Shown: positions 1 through 10,128, counted from the stretch's first letter. The stretch: 64,000 nucleotides of DNA from Clostridia bacterium (GCA_900769665.1 CAAGHL010000058.1:6651-70650), one strand, 5' to 3'. Program-made: numbers and translations. Notes: generated by a model not told the origin, from the sequence alone.

Positions 1-603
1 ACTGTCACGGTCAGCCCTCTTGCAACGGAAAACGGAGTGATGGTGGAGTACGGCGAAAACGGATATGCAATCAAAACGTCGGCAGGAATCTACGTCAACG
101 CTCTCAATCTCGGCGCAAATGCCGCAAGCAAGGTTTACTACGCAGAATACACTCTTAACGGAATGAATCTGTTTGACGGTCAAACCAAATCTTTCGGCTT
201 GGTACACTTTGCGACAAACGAAAACTTGATGCTTGACGTGTTCCACATGTTCGTTATCGGAAACGATCCCGCAACGGCAGGTTACTGGCACCGTATGAAC
301 AACAAAATGGACTTGGAAAACGACCTATTTGTAAACGTTGCCAACCAAGATCTCGGTGCCGTACACACTTGGCTTATCGATATGTTGAAAAACGGCAAGT
401 CCGTCACCGTGGGTATTGCACGTAACGGCAACGATGTCTACACATTGCTTAACGGCGTAATCGTGTGGAAAATGCAAATCGCCGACGGTATCAAGGATGT
501 AGATACCGTACCTGCGATCATGATGAGCTCTACGGACGGCGACACTCGCTCGGTAACCGACATCGTTTATCTCACCGGAGAGGCCGCTACGAAAAAAATC
601 AAC
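1..603 (+). repeat. Intragenic duplicated module, copy 1 (201 codons)
   Basis: Aligns along its length with 1066-1668 at protein level: SKVYYAEYTLNG / SKVYYVEYKLNG, GYWHRMN in both, VGIARNGNDVYTLLNGV / FGIARNGNYVYTLINGV, VDTVPA in both. Confidence 0.8.
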
Positions 604-2277
604 AACAGTCAAATGCTTGTAACGTCGATAACTCTCGACGAAGAAACATTGACTCTCACTAAGGACGAGCAAAAAACACTCACAGTCACCGTCAATCCGT
701 CATACGCAGCGGAAAGAATCGTGTGGGAAAGCGCCGACGCCAACGTTGTCACGGTAAACAACGGTGTAGTTACTGCGGTCAAAGCAGGTTCCGCAACGAT
801 TACGGCAAAAATCGGCGATGTAAAAGCCGAAGTCGTAGTTACTGTTGTAGACTTCAAGTTTGAACAACAAAACTACTCGTTGACACCGAGCGGCACGGAA
901 AAACTCAACCTTGTGTTTGGTGAAGGTTCTGTTGAAGGACAAACCGTCGCTTATACAAGTTCCAATGATAACATAGTAAGTATCGACGCCGACGGAGTTG
1001 TCACGGCGAAGGCTTACGGAAGAGTGACAATTACTGCCACTATAAAAGGTGTAAACATAGAATGTACGGTCACTGTAAGTCCGCTTGCCACAAACAACGG
1101 GGTAAACGTAACGTACAAGGACGATGGCGCTTACAATATGATCCAATTGCTTGCGGGTATCAATGTAAACGCCCTCAACACGGGTGCGGCAAGCAAGGTT
1201 TACTACGTCGAGTACAAACTTAACGGCTTGGAAATGCACAATGCTCAAGTAAAATCCTTCGGTATGGCTCACTTCGCAACAAGCGAAAGCTATATGTATG
1301 ACGCTTTCCATATGTTCTTGCTCGGCGAGGACGTTACCACAGGCGGATACTGGCATCGTATGAACGTCGGCGCCGATTTGGACAACAATTTGTTACTCAA
1401 CCAAGCCAACGATGAACTCGGTATGGCGCGCGACTATATCGTCTCCGCACTACAAAACGGAAAGTCTTTCACATTTGGTATTGCACGTAACGGCAACTAC
1501 GTTTACACGCTTATTAACGGTGTAGTCGTGTTGCAAACCAACATTGCGGACGGACTCAAAAATGTCGACACAGTGCCTGCACTTTTCATGAATGTGATGG
1601 ACGGAGAAAACAGAACGATCAGCGACATTACTTTCTTCGAAGGAAAGGAAGCTACGGACAAAATCAACGGCGCAACGAGAATGCTTCGTTACTCGCGTGT
1701 TGCCGACGGTAACTACAAACCCGTTACAATTGCGGCAGATAGTTCGTCGTTGCGTTTCAGCGGTGTGGACAGCGCAGACACCGCTTGGAGAGCTTCCGTT
1801 ACGCAAGAAATGCTATTTGGTGCAAACGCTACAATCGATATGGACATTGTGGTCCACAATACCGCAAACGGACACATCGCTATCAACATTGCCAAAAACG
1901 ACGGCAACGGTTGGACAAGCAAAAACAATTTTACCGACGGCTTGACATTGGTAGGTTATTGGATGTGGACAAATGAAGGAAAGCAACAAGGCGTTGACTA
2001 TATACACGACATGCCCACGGCTTGGAGTCCCGAGTGGTGCGGCGGTCCTGCCGACGAAAACAAGTCGGGTAGCTTCCACATTAACATTACGTTGCAACGA
2101 AGCGAGGACGGAACTGTGAAGTCGGTATTGACGTTGACTAACGGCGCCACCGTGATGCAAACGGTGGAAAGAACATTGACTAATCAGTACAGTGCGGACG
2201 AACAATATCGTATTCACTTCCTGTCGCACGCAATCGATTACGAAGTGACCAACCTTACAATTGCGGAAAATAACTAA
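1..2277 (+). CDS. Surface protein, 5' end outside window: jelly-roll-like module / 2x Big_2 Ig-like / second module copy / C-terminal beta-rich domain
   Basis: Frame 1 is open from nt 1. The peptide before the first ATG (TVTVSPLATENG) repeats the internal TVTVSPLATNNG at 1066, so the gene runs off the 5' edge. Big_2-like motifs (LTLTKDEQKTLTVTVNP...VTAVKAGSATITAKIG) lie at ~625-1080. Stop TAA at 2275-2277. Confidence 0.85.
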   Translation, partial: TVTVSPLATENGVMVEYGENGYAIKTSAGIYVNALNLGANAASKVYYAEYTLNGMNLFDGQTKSFGLVHFATNENLMLDVFHMFVIGNDPATAGYWHRMNNKMDLENDLFVNVANQDLGAVHTWLIDMLKNGKSVTVGIARNGNDVYTLLNGVIVWKMQIADGIKDVDTVPAIMMSSTDGDTRSVTDIVYLTGEAATKKINNSQMLVTSITLDEETLTLTKDEQKTLTVTVNPSYAAERIVWESADANVVTVNNGVVTAVKAGSATITAKIGDVKAEVVVTVVDFKFEQQNYSLTPSGTEKLNLVFGEGSVEGQTVAYTSSNDNIVSIDADGVVTAKAYGRVTITATIKGVNIECTVTVSPLATNNGVNVTYKDDGAYNMIQLLAGINVNALNTGAASKVYYVEYKLNGLEMHNAQVKSFGMAHFATSESYMYDAFHMFLLGEDVTTGGYWHRMNVGADLDNNLLLNQANDELGMARDYIVSALQNGKSFTFGIARNGNYVYTLINGVVVLQTNIADGLKNVDTVPALFMNVMDGENRTISDITFFEGKEATDKINGATRMLRYSRVADGNYKPVTIAADSSSLRFSGVDSADTAWRASVTQEMLFGANATIDMDIVVHNTANGHIAINIAKNDGNGWTSKNNFTDGLTLVGYWMWTNEGKQQGVDYIHDMPTAWSPEWCGGPADENKSGSFHINITLQRSEDGTVKSVLTLTNGATVMQTVERTLTNQYSADEQYRIHFLSHAIDYEVTNLTIAENN
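1066..1668 (+). repeat. Intragenic duplicated module, copy 2 (201 codons)
   Basis: Same length and order of conserved blocks as 1-603. Both copies start with TVTVSPLAT and end with A(A/T)xKIN. Confidence 0.8.
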
Positions 2278-2288
2278 TAATTTAACGG

Positions 2289-2325
2289 CTTGTCCGAAGT
2301 CGGTTGTATGCCGACTTCGGACAAG
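2289..2325 (+). terminator. Perfect 15-bp hairpin after the surface-protein gene (no T-tract)
   Basis: CTTGTCCGAAGTCGG (2289-2303), 7-nt loop, CCGACTTCGGACAAG (2311-2325). Confidence 0.4.
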
Positions 2326-2335
2326 AACGCCCTGC

Positions 2336-2375
2336 GAAAACCTCTTTGCGTTTCGAGAGGCTTTTCGTGTTTTTT
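2336..2375 (+). terminator. Intrinsic terminator candidate
   Basis: GAAAACCTCT / AGAGGCTTTTC stem with one bulge, followed by GTGTTTTTT. Confidence 0.5.
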
Positions 2376-2438
2376 AGACAATCGGCAATATGTGACGAAA
2401 ATGCCTGTATTGTCGCCGAAACGCAAGGAGAATGTACT

Positions 2439-3713
2439 ATGGAACAAGCAAACAAGGTCCTTACGGTAAGTATTTTGGGTTGCGGTGGCAGAGGATTTCG
2501 CACATACGGCAGATTGATGCGCAAGTTGCCCGACAAGTTTAGGATTGTTGCTTTGTGCGACACCAACGCCGAAGCGCTTGCCATTGCCGCAAAGGAATTC
2601 GGCATTACCGAGCAAAACTGCTACACGTCGGATAGCGAGTTTTTTGCTAAACGTCGTAGCGACGTATTGGTGATTGCAACGCTGGACAAACAGCACTACG
2701 ACAACGCAATGCAAGCAATGGCTCTTGGATACGATATATTGTTGGAAAAACCCATCACCGACAACAAGCAGGAGTGCGAAGATTTGCTTGCAGCACAGCA
2801 AAAGTACGGTAACAAAGTGGTGGTTTGCCACGTGTTGCGGTACGCAAAGGGGTTTGTCAAGGCAAAGGAACTGTTGGACAGTGGCGCAATAGGCAACCTT
2901 GTCAGTATACAGGCGCTAGAGCAAGTTGCCTATTGGCATATGGCGCACTCGTATGTTCGCGGTAATTGGCGCCGAGCCGAAGACACTACGCCAATGATAC
3001 TTGCCAAGTGCTGTCACGACCTCGACTTGTTGCAATACTACGCCGCAAGCAAAGCGACGAGCGTTTCCTCAATCGGGGAGTTGACCTATTTCAAAAAGGA
3101 GTGCGCGCCAGAAGGCAGTGCGGAACGTTGTATGGATTGCAAATATGTTGACACTTGCCCGTACAGTGCAAAACGTATCTACGTCGACAGTTACGTGGCT
3201 CAGGGTTGCCCTGCCGAAACTTGGCCGCAAAACATAGTGGTCATCGACACTCCGTTGTCGGTGGACAAATTGAAACATGCGCTGTCCACATACAGCCCCT
3301 ACGGCAGATGCGTGTTCCGTTGCGACAACGACGTGGTATCCCACCAAACGACCAATATTTTGTTTGACAACGGCGTTACGGCAAACCTTACAATGATGGG
3401 GTTTACCAAGTGTGGCGGACGTATCTACAAGTTTTTCGGTACAACGGGCGAGCTTGTTTTGGACGAAGAAAAGGAACATATTTTGCTGACACCATTTGGC
3501 GAAAAAACGCAAGTGATAAACCTCGGTGACCTTACCGAAGCAGGTATGTCGCACGGTGGCGGCGACGGTATGTTGGTTGCCGACTTGTACGATATGATCA
3601 CGGGTAAGCGCTCGCAAACTACAAGTTTGGCGGCTTCGCTGGAAAGTCACCTAATGGGCATTGCGGCGGAAACTTCTCGCCTTGCGTGCGGAAAAAACGT
3701 ATACGTACATTGA
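2439..3713 (+). CDS. Gfo/Idh/MocA-family NAD(P)-dependent oxidoreductase (424 aa, no signal peptide)
   Basis: N-terminal Rossmann motif VSILGCGGRGFRTYG and the family block VLVIATLDKQHYDNAMQAMALGYDILLEKPIT. AAGGAG (2425-2430) lies 8 nt before ATG 2439. The longer ORF from 2304 would overlap the upstream hairpins. Confidence 0.9.
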   Translation: MEQANKVLTVSILGCGGRGFRTYGRLMRKLPDKFRIVALCDTNAEALAIAAKEFGITEQNCYTSDSEFFAKRRSDVLVIATLDKQHYDNAMQAMALGYDILLEKPITDNKQECEDLLAAQQKYGNKVVVCHVLRYAKGFVKAKELLDSGAIGNLVSIQALEQVAYWHMAHSYVRGNWRRAEDTTPMILAKCCHDLDLLQYYAASKATSVSSIGELTYFKKECAPEGSAERCMDCKYVDTCPYSAKRIYVDSYVAQGCPAETWPQNIVVIDTPLSVDKLKHALSTYSPYGRCVFRCDNDVVSHQTTNILFDNGVTANLTMMGFTKCGGRIYKFFGTTGELVLDEEKEHILLTPFGEKTQVINLGDLTEAGMSHGGGDGMLVADLYDMITGKRSQTTSLAASLESHLMGIAAETSRLACGKNVYVH

Positions 3714-3753
3714 TTTTTACGCACGTTGACAAGATAGATAAAGGAGAATTATT

Positions 3754-5574
3754 TTGAAAAAGACTAAGTTTGTTTCGTTGATATTGGCGGCGGTATTTGC
3801 ACTGACTACGCTGTTTGCGCTTGTCGCTTGCCAAACTACTCCCGAAGAAAAGGACGAGTACACGTTTACTTTCGACGTCAACTACGAGGGCGGCAACAAT
3901 CGCGTGGACACCGTCAAGGCAGGTTTCCGTGCCAACTACTACGCCGCAAGACGTAGCGGATACACGTTGATAAACTGGTACACGACCAAGGATTGCAAGG
4001 AAAAGTTTGACTTTTCCACCAAGATAAATCAGGACTACACAGTGTACGCCTTGTGGGAAAAGAAAGGTAACGCCGTGGACGTTACCTTCCACTACAACTA
4101 CGACAAAAGTTTTGCTCCCGTCACCGTTGGCGGTGAGGAAGGCAAGACGATCGATCCTCAAACGGTACCCGATCCCAAACGCCTCGGCTACGAAGTGGAA
4201 GGTTGGTACACCGACGAACAATGCACCAAAAAATGGGATTTGACCGCAGACACACTTAGCGGCGACCTCGACTTGTACGCAAAGTACAACTACACGGCAA
4301 ACTTGCAGTTTGACAGCGACGGCAAAGTCATCCTCGACAACGTTGACGTCAACATCTCCATACAGTATCTGTCTTGGACGGGCAAACGCAGTCTTGCGGA
4401 AATAGTGGACGAGTTCAACGACGAGTACGCAGGCAAAATCCACCTCAACTGGACAGCCGCCTACACCAACGAAGTGGCTCGTTTCGAGGATCCGGCCATG
4501 ACCAACGCGTATTTGCAAAACAACTATCGTTTCGGCGAGTTGCTGGACCTTATCGGTATCGACTTCGACGCCGACGACTACTACGCCGACGCCATTGCGG
4601 AAAACTACGTGTACGACGCACTGATGACCTATCCCGTAGGACATATGGTGCCAACCGTGATGTACAACAAGGCGTTGCTTGCCCAATTGGGCGAGTCCGA
4701 GCCGAAAACACACGCCGACTTTGTACGTTTGCTGACCAAGGCTACAGCTACTTTCGGCGACAGAGACGGTTACAAAGCGTCGCTTGTTTACGAGGGTAAC
4801 GAGTGGCAGTGGTTCGAAATGGGTTCCAACAATATTTGGGCAAACAATGATTTGCTGTTCTACTCCTACGACAAGCAAAGCAAATCTTACATCAACAACT
4901 ACGCGCAGGAAAGTAACTACGCCAAGGCGGCAAACGCCGTCAAGGGTTACGCCGAGTTGTTCAACAACAGCGCAATCAGCCTCAACAACGAAGTATTGTG
5001 GGAGTCGCGCCAAGGCTTCAACGACGTGGTGGACGGCAACGCATTTATGGGTATTGTAAGTTACCCCAAGATGTACACCTACTATCTCAACAGCTACGAC
5101 CAACAATTGTTTAAGAAAATCGGCATCGTGCCCATTACAAACTTGTTTAACTACGGCAATATCGAAACGGCAAAGACCTTTGTCAAGGGCATTTCCTTGT
5201 GTTTGCCTAGCGACACCGACGCAACGTTCGACATCGAGCAACTTGCCGCAATAGGCGTATTTGCCGACTACCTGTCCAAGCACAGCGGAAAGCTTGCCTA
5301 CAACGATTGCTACCCCGCAAGCAAAACGGGACAAAATTCCGAAGAATTTAAGCAAGGAACGACAAGGTACTTTAAAGTGCTTAAGGCTGTCGGAGATCCG
5401 TCGACGTTTGTCACTTTGGCGGGCGGACAAAACGAGTACTACTGTTTCAACCACCAAAACCAAGCTTGCGTGCAGTCGTTGGCGTTCGTAAAAGTCGATT
5501 TGATAGACAACGATCAGCTTGTGCGTCAAGCAATCAAGGGTGTTGCCGACGCTACTTCAAAGGTGATTAAGTAA
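3754..5574 (+). CDS. Lipoprotein: two Listeria-Bacteroides (Flg_new) repeats fused to an ABC family-1 solute-binding domain
   Basis: TTG start 7 nt after AAGGAG. Lipobox LFALVAC. Flg_new-type repeats (GYTLINWYTTKDCKEKFDFSTKINQDYTVYALW; GYEVEGWYTDEQCTKKWDL...LDLYAKY). SBP-like block VPTVMYNKALLAQLGESEPKTHADFVRLL. Confidence 0.8.
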   Translation: MKKTKFVSLILAAVFALTTLFALVACQTTPEEKDEYTFTFDVNYEGGNNRVDTVKAGFRANYYAARRSGYTLINWYTTKDCKEKFDFSTKINQDYTVYALWEKKGNAVDVTFHYNYDKSFAPVTVGGEEGKTIDPQTVPDPKRLGYEVEGWYTDEQCTKKWDLTADTLSGDLDLYAKYNYTANLQFDSDGKVILDNVDVNISIQYLSWTGKRSLAEIVDEFNDEYAGKIHLNWTAAYTNEVARFEDPAMTNAYLQNNYRFGELLDLIGIDFDADDYYADAIAENYVYDALMTYPVGHMVPTVMYNKALLAQLGESEPKTHADFVRLLTKATATFGDRDGYKASLVYEGNEWQWFEMGSNNIWANNDLLFYSYDKQSKSYINNYAQESNYAKAANAVKGYAELFNNSAISLNNEVLWESRQGFNDVVDGNAFMGIVSYPKMYTYYLNSYDQQLFKKIGIVPITNLFNYGNIETAKTFVKGISLCLPSDTDATFDIEQLAAIGVFADYLSKHSGKLAYNDCYPASKTGQNSEEFKQGTTRYFKVLKAVGDPSTFVTLAGGQNEYYCFNHQNQACVQSLAFVKVDLIDNDQLVRQAIKGVADATSKVIK

Positions 5575-5587
5575 CAACGGAGGACGT

Positions 5588-7606
5588 ATGAAAACTACAA
5601 AAAGATTTTGGACAATATGCGTACTTGCGGTCGTGTTTGTGTTGAGTTTTGCGCTTGCCGCATGCGATACCGACACGCCTACGCCAACGCCGCCCGACAA
5701 CAAAGACCAACCGAATTGGACGTTGACTTCGCCCGACGGAAAAATTAAGGCGGATGTTTACTTTGCCAACGGACAAATTGCCTACGCCGTAACCAAGGAC
5801 GGCATTGCCGTGGTGGAAAAGTCCAACCTTGGTATGGCAACCGATCAATGTGAATTTGTCGATTTGACATTTGTTTCCGAACAAACTTCGGAAGACACGA
5901 TTTCCTACACAAATATCACGGGTAAAACCAGACAGGTTACGACTTCTTACAAGCAAAACGTGCTTACCTTTGCCGAGGGTGACTACCTACTTGACGTGGT
6001 GTTCCGCACCTACAACGACGGTTACGCATTCCGCTACAACATCCGAAAGGCGAACGAAAGCAACGACGAATTTACAGTTACCGATGAATTTACACACTTT
6101 GCTTTGCCCGAAAACGCCAAAACGTATGCAATGGCAGTGGTTACAAGCGTTGGAGTACTCGGTGGCGGAGCGTATTACTCATACGAAGACAAGTATCAAT
6201 ACCGCAGTTACAAAAACCTCGGCGACGAGCAACTCGGATTTCCTGTAATGTACAGCGTGAAAAGCGGTAACGAAGAAGTTTACAGCCTTATTTCCGAGTC
6301 TGACATCTACGGACGCGACTACCACGGCTCGGCATTGCAAAAGGACGGTAACGACGGACTTAAAACAATTCACATGCCGGCTTGCGGTACCGACGCTTCT
6401 ATGACGGCAAGTTATCCGTTTACTTCGCCTTGGCGCGTGGCCGTAGTCGGCGGGTTGGATACGATTGTGGAATCCACCCTTGTAGAGGACGTTTACGACG
6501 AGATCGAACCTTGGAAACCGGATGACTATGACAGTCTTTCGGATGAGGAAAAGCAAATTTACACATACGACTGGGTACGTCCCGGCGCGGGGGCGTGGAG
6601 TTATCTCAACTTTGATGGTGATCCCGCCAAGCAGGCAGCGCAAAGCAACTTGGAACTACAACGACAATACGTTGACGCAATATCGGATCTCGGCTGGACG
6701 TGGCTCGTCTTGGACGCGGGTTGGGACACGGGCGCCTTTGTCGAAGCCGAGTTTGTGGAATTTGTTAAGTATGCCAACTCCAAAAACGTTCACATTATGG
6801 TATGGGCGGACTCGTACTCCTCTTTTTACACACGCACACAAACAAGTGCAAAGCTTGCGCAGTGGCAAAAGTGGGGTATAGAAGGTGTGAAAATCGACTT
6901 CTTCGACGGTCAGGGCGCGCCTTATTTGTCCGACCAATGGAAGTTGGAATCTCAACAAAGCTTGGACGAACATTACGAAATGTTCTACCAAGAGGCGGCA
7001 AAGTACAAAATGCTGGTTGATTGCCATGGTTGTAACAAACCCACGGGTGAACGCAGGCAATATCCCAACGTAATTAATCGCGAAGCTATCCGCGGATATG
7101 AATTTAAGAACGTTGACTCTCGGCAAACGGCTTACTTGCCGTTCACTCGCGGGACAATCGGTCCGAGCGACTTTACCCCCGCGATAATTCCGTATCTGTC
7201 GGGAACCGTTACTGTTGCGCATAACATGGGGCTTGCCGTGACGTTGGAGTCCGGTATGCCTACTTTCTCCGACATGCCCGACCACTTCACAAGCGGAGAG
7301 TATCTTGATTTTTACCGCAATCTTCCCGTTGTGTGGGACGAAACAAAACTTGTAACTGCCTCTCTCGGTGATTTTGTCGTCATTGCACGTCGTAGCGGAA
7401 ACAAGTGGTACGTCGGTTGCACGGCAAGCTACGCAGGCGCAATCGAATTCGATTTGTCCTTCCTCGGTGAAGGAAACTTTACGGCACGCATTTGGCAGGA
7501 CAGCGACTACAACAAAGTAGCGCAAAGCAGTCAAAGCGTAAGTAGCGCAACCAAGCTTAATCTTACCGTACAAAACGGCGGCGGCTTTACGATGATCATC
7601 GAGTAA
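5588..7606 (+). CDS. GH97 glycoside hydrolase (alpha-glucosidase/alpha-galactosidase family), lipoprotein
   Basis: Lipobox SFALAAC. GH97 N-domain-like LTSPDGKIKADVYFANGQIAYAVTKDG. Catalytic-region blocks GWTWLVLDAGWD, GVKIDFFD and HGCNKPTGERRQYPNVINREAIRGYEF. GGAGGA RBS. Confidence 0.85.
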   Translation: MKTTKRFWTICVLAVVFVLSFALAACDTDTPTPTPPDNKDQPNWTLTSPDGKIKADVYFANGQIAYAVTKDGIAVVEKSNLGMATDQCEFVDLTFVSEQTSEDTISYTNITGKTRQVTTSYKQNVLTFAEGDYLLDVVFRTYNDGYAFRYNIRKANESNDEFTVTDEFTHFALPENAKTYAMAVVTSVGVLGGGAYYSYEDKYQYRSYKNLGDEQLGFPVMYSVKSGNEEVYSLISESDIYGRDYHGSALQKDGNDGLKTIHMPACGTDASMTASYPFTSPWRVAVVGGLDTIVESTLVEDVYDEIEPWKPDDYDSLSDEEKQIYTYDWVRPGAGAWSYLNFDGDPAKQAAQSNLELQRQYVDAISDLGWTWLVLDAGWDTGAFVEAEFVEFVKYANSKNVHIMVWADSYSSFYTRTQTSAKLAQWQKWGIEGVKIDFFDGQGAPYLSDQWKLESQQSLDEHYEMFYQEAAKYKMLVDCHGCNKPTGERRQYPNVINREAIRGYEFKNVDSRQTAYLPFTRGTIGPSDFTPAIIPYLSGTVTVAHNMGLAVTLESGMPTFSDMPDHFTSGEYLDFYRNLPVVWDETKLVTASLGDFVVIARRSGNKWYVGCTASYAGAIEFDLSFLGEGNFTARIWQDSDYNKVAQSSQSVSSATKLNLTVQNGGGFTMIIE

Positions 7607-7665
7607 ACCTACATTTTTGTTAAAATACGACTGCTTAGAAAGTGAAATAAACAAGGAGTAAAGCA

Positions 7666-9132
7666 ATGAAAAAGACTATGAGAATATTTGCCGCTTTGGC
7701 GGTAGCAATGTTGTTGCTTGTGTTTGTCGGATGTGTGACAAAACGTCCCGACGATGACAATAAAGGTTTGCCTTCGATAGACAATCCGTGGTGGACGGAC
7801 AGCGGAGAGATAACCAAGGACAGCGACGGTAATATTGTATTCGACGATGTAAACATCAAACTGACTTCGGTAATTTGCGGTTACGACCAAAACGGTTTCG
7901 AGGCGCTCCTCGACCAATTCAACAGAAAGTATAACGGGCAAATAAACATTACGCACCAAATATATTCGCAAGACGTAATCGACGAGCGCATAATGCAACA
8001 AATTCAAAACGAAACCAATGCGCCCGATCTCATTTTGACTCACCAAAAAACACACGCTTACCTTGCTTCCAACAAGATTATTCAACCTATGGACGCGGCG
8101 TATGAGCTTGCTGGTATTACGGTGGACAAGAGCGATTTTTTGCCCAACTTTGCCGATTACTGTGACTTGGGCTATGAGGGACGCATGTTTACCATTCCCG
8201 TGGACGCGCAGAGCATGGTAATGTATTACAACAAAAATCTGCTTGCCAAGTACAACGCCGAGTTGCCGCAAAACCGCGCCGAGTTTCTCGAGCTGTGCCA
8301 AACCGTGCAAAACGGCGAGCGCGCAAGCAATTCGCAGTTTAACGCAGTAACTTGCGGGGCAGACTACGACTTTTTCAAGATGTATCTTTTGCCGACGGCA
8401 GTATTGCAAAACGGCGGTGAATTGTATGGTAGCGACGGACTTGTTCACTGGACGGAAGGAGACAACTTTACTGCATTCAGTAACGGCGTAAAGGCAGTCA
8501 AACAACTTGCCGACGAGGGGTTGTGGGACAGCACCGACAGCAACGAGAGCGCGCGTGCAAAGTTTTGCAAAGACAACGCTTTGTTTTACATCTCGTTGCC
8601 GTTTGACGCAAACACTATTTTCAGCGCATATGCATCCAATTCCGGTCACTCCGTGGACGTTGTTAAAACTCAGGACATAGGCGGATTCTCCACGGCAGGA
8701 CTTTTTGCACTCGAAGGCGCACCTGAGGACAGTAAAAACAAAATATTCGGCGATTCTCACGCCTTTACTATGAGTAAAACCGTCACCGATGTTACCAAAA
8801 AAGCGGCAATTGCCGTATTTGTCAACTGGTTTACCACTAATGTGGATGTAGGTATCGAGTGGGCGAAACTCGGTCATACGACGGCTTCCTACACAATCCG
8901 CGGCAACGCCGCCTACAACGCCGACAGCTACGTAAGTGAATTCAGTAACATGTTTTACGGAGATATTAACAACTTTGTTACTGCCGGTAAAACAACTAAT
9001 TACACGTTGATTTTCTCCGATATGCAAACGGCATTGCTCAACTGCCTACGCAACGCAAGCAACGATTACGATATCAAGACGGAATTGTCAAACGCGCAAA
9101 AGAAAATAAACGCCTCAATCGGTCTGGCGTAG
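7666..9132 (+). CDS. ABC transporter extracellular solute-binding lipoprotein (family 1, sugar type)
   Basis: Lipobox LVFVGC. Typical size and SBP blocks (APDLILTHQ, FTIPVDAQSMVMYYNKNLLAKY). AAGGAG RBS. Directly precedes two permease genes. Confidence 0.85.
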   Translation: MKKTMRIFAALAVAMLLLVFVGCVTKRPDDDNKGLPSIDNPWWTDSGEITKDSDGNIVFDDVNIKLTSVICGYDQNGFEALLDQFNRKYNGQINITHQIYSQDVIDERIMQQIQNETNAPDLILTHQKTHAYLASNKIIQPMDAAYELAGITVDKSDFLPNFADYCDLGYEGRMFTIPVDAQSMVMYYNKNLLAKYNAELPQNRAEFLELCQTVQNGERASNSQFNAVTCGADYDFFKMYLLPTAVLQNGGELYGSDGLVHWTEGDNFTAFSNGVKAVKQLADEGLWDSTDSNESARAKFCKDNALFYISLPFDANTIFSAYASNSGHSVDVVKTQDIGGFSTAGLFALEGAPEDSKNKIFGDSHAFTMSKTVTDVTKKAAIAVFVNWFTTNVDVGIEWAKLGHTTASYTIRGNAAYNADSYVSEFSNMFYGDINNFVTAGKTTNYTLIFSDMQTALLNCLRNASNDYDIKTELSNAQKKINASIGLA

Positions 9133-9144
9133 AAGGAGCAGACA

Positions 9145-10128
9145 ATGAATCTGTCCGACGACAAAAAGAAAGCGTACAAGCGCAGTATGTGGCGAAATCA
9201 AGGGCTTGGCATGTTGTTTGTCGTGCCGTTTGTTCTGTTTTTTGTATTGTACACGCTTGTACCCCTTCTTATGGGCATAGGGTTGTCGTTTTTCGACTAC
9301 AACCCCAATAAACCCGATAAAATGACTTTTGTGGGACTGCTTAACTACATCGATTTGTTTGGCACCACAAACGAAAGTCTTGAAATAACTTTTGTCAAAC
9401 CGTTTTGGGAAAGCTTGCTTAACACAATCCTGTTTGACCTTATCGCCGTGCCGCTGCTTATGATAATTCCGCTGATGTTGGCGCAACTTATCAACTATCA
9501 GCCGCCAGGTTACAAGTTTTTCCGAGCCGTGTTGTATATGCCGGTCATTGTGTCTATTACAGTTGCGGGTATGATGTTTACTTCTATCTTCGGCGAAAGC
9601 TCAACGGGGCTTATCAACGGATGGTTGGGTACTAACATCAAGTTTCTTACCGACACGGGCTGGCGTTGGTTTGTAATGATTGTACTGTCGGTGTGGTGGC
9701 AGACGGGTACAAATTTCGTAATCTTTTCCGCAGGTTTAAGGGACATTCCTCAAAGTTTGTATGAGGCTTGCGAGGCCGACGGCGGAGGAAAAGCAAGCAA
9801 GTTTTTCCACGTTACGTTGCCGGGATTGCGCGGACAAATCGATCTATGTTTGTTCTCCACGCTTATCAACTACCTAAACCTGTACGGACAACCATCCGTG
9901 ATACGCGGGTCGTCAATTTACGACACAATGTTCGATTCGCCCATGATGTTGATACAATACAGTCTGAAAGCATTACCTCGTTGGACGGGGTTTATCTGCG
10001 CAATGGCGGTGGTGTTCGGTATTATCGTGCTTGCCGTCAGCATAGCGGAGAAACGCCTTATGGGCAAGCAAAAAGGAGGTCACGGCTATGAAAAAAACTT
10101 TGCCGCATTCAAGTCTGTCCAAAAGTGA
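9145..10128 (+). CDS. Carbohydrate ABC transporter permease (MalF/CUT1-like)
   Basis: Six predicted TM stretches. EAA-loop block YEACEADGGGKASKFFHVTLPGLRG. GAAGGAG RBS. Confidence 0.9.
   Translation: MNLSDDKKKAYKRSMWRNQGLGMLFVVPFVLFFVLYTLVPLLMGIGLSFFDYNPNKPDKMTFVGLLNYIDLFGTTNESLEITFVKPFWESLLNTILFDLIAVPLLMIIPLMLAQLINYQPPGYKFFRAVLYMPVIVSITVAGMMFTSIFGESSTGLINGWLGTNIKFLTDTGWRWFVMIVLSVWWQTGTNFVIFSAGLRDIPQSLYEACEADGGGKASKFFHVTLPGLRGQIDLCLFSTLINYLNLYGQPSVIRGSSIYDTMFDSPMMLIQYSLKALPRWTGFICAMAVVFGIIVLAVSIAEKRLMGKQKGGHGYEKNFAAFKSVQK

Noticed and set aside
2304-2438. Upstream extension of the oxidoreductase ORF (TTG at 2304).
   Set aside because: It would start inside the loop of the terminator hairpin and read through a second terminator. 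A good RBS precedes ATG 2439, and the Rossmann motif starts right after it.
3619-5529. Very long antisense ORFs (636 aa here; also 7609-9027, 14465-16357, 30901-32274, 36738-37898, 56952-57839 and many shorter ones).
   Set aside because: Each lies opposite a + strand gene with clear family motifs. The products are Val/His/Arg/Cys-rich with no recognisable motif, RBS or signal. Their length is explained by the sense strand rarely using TTA/CTA/TCA codons, which removes stops from the complementary frame.
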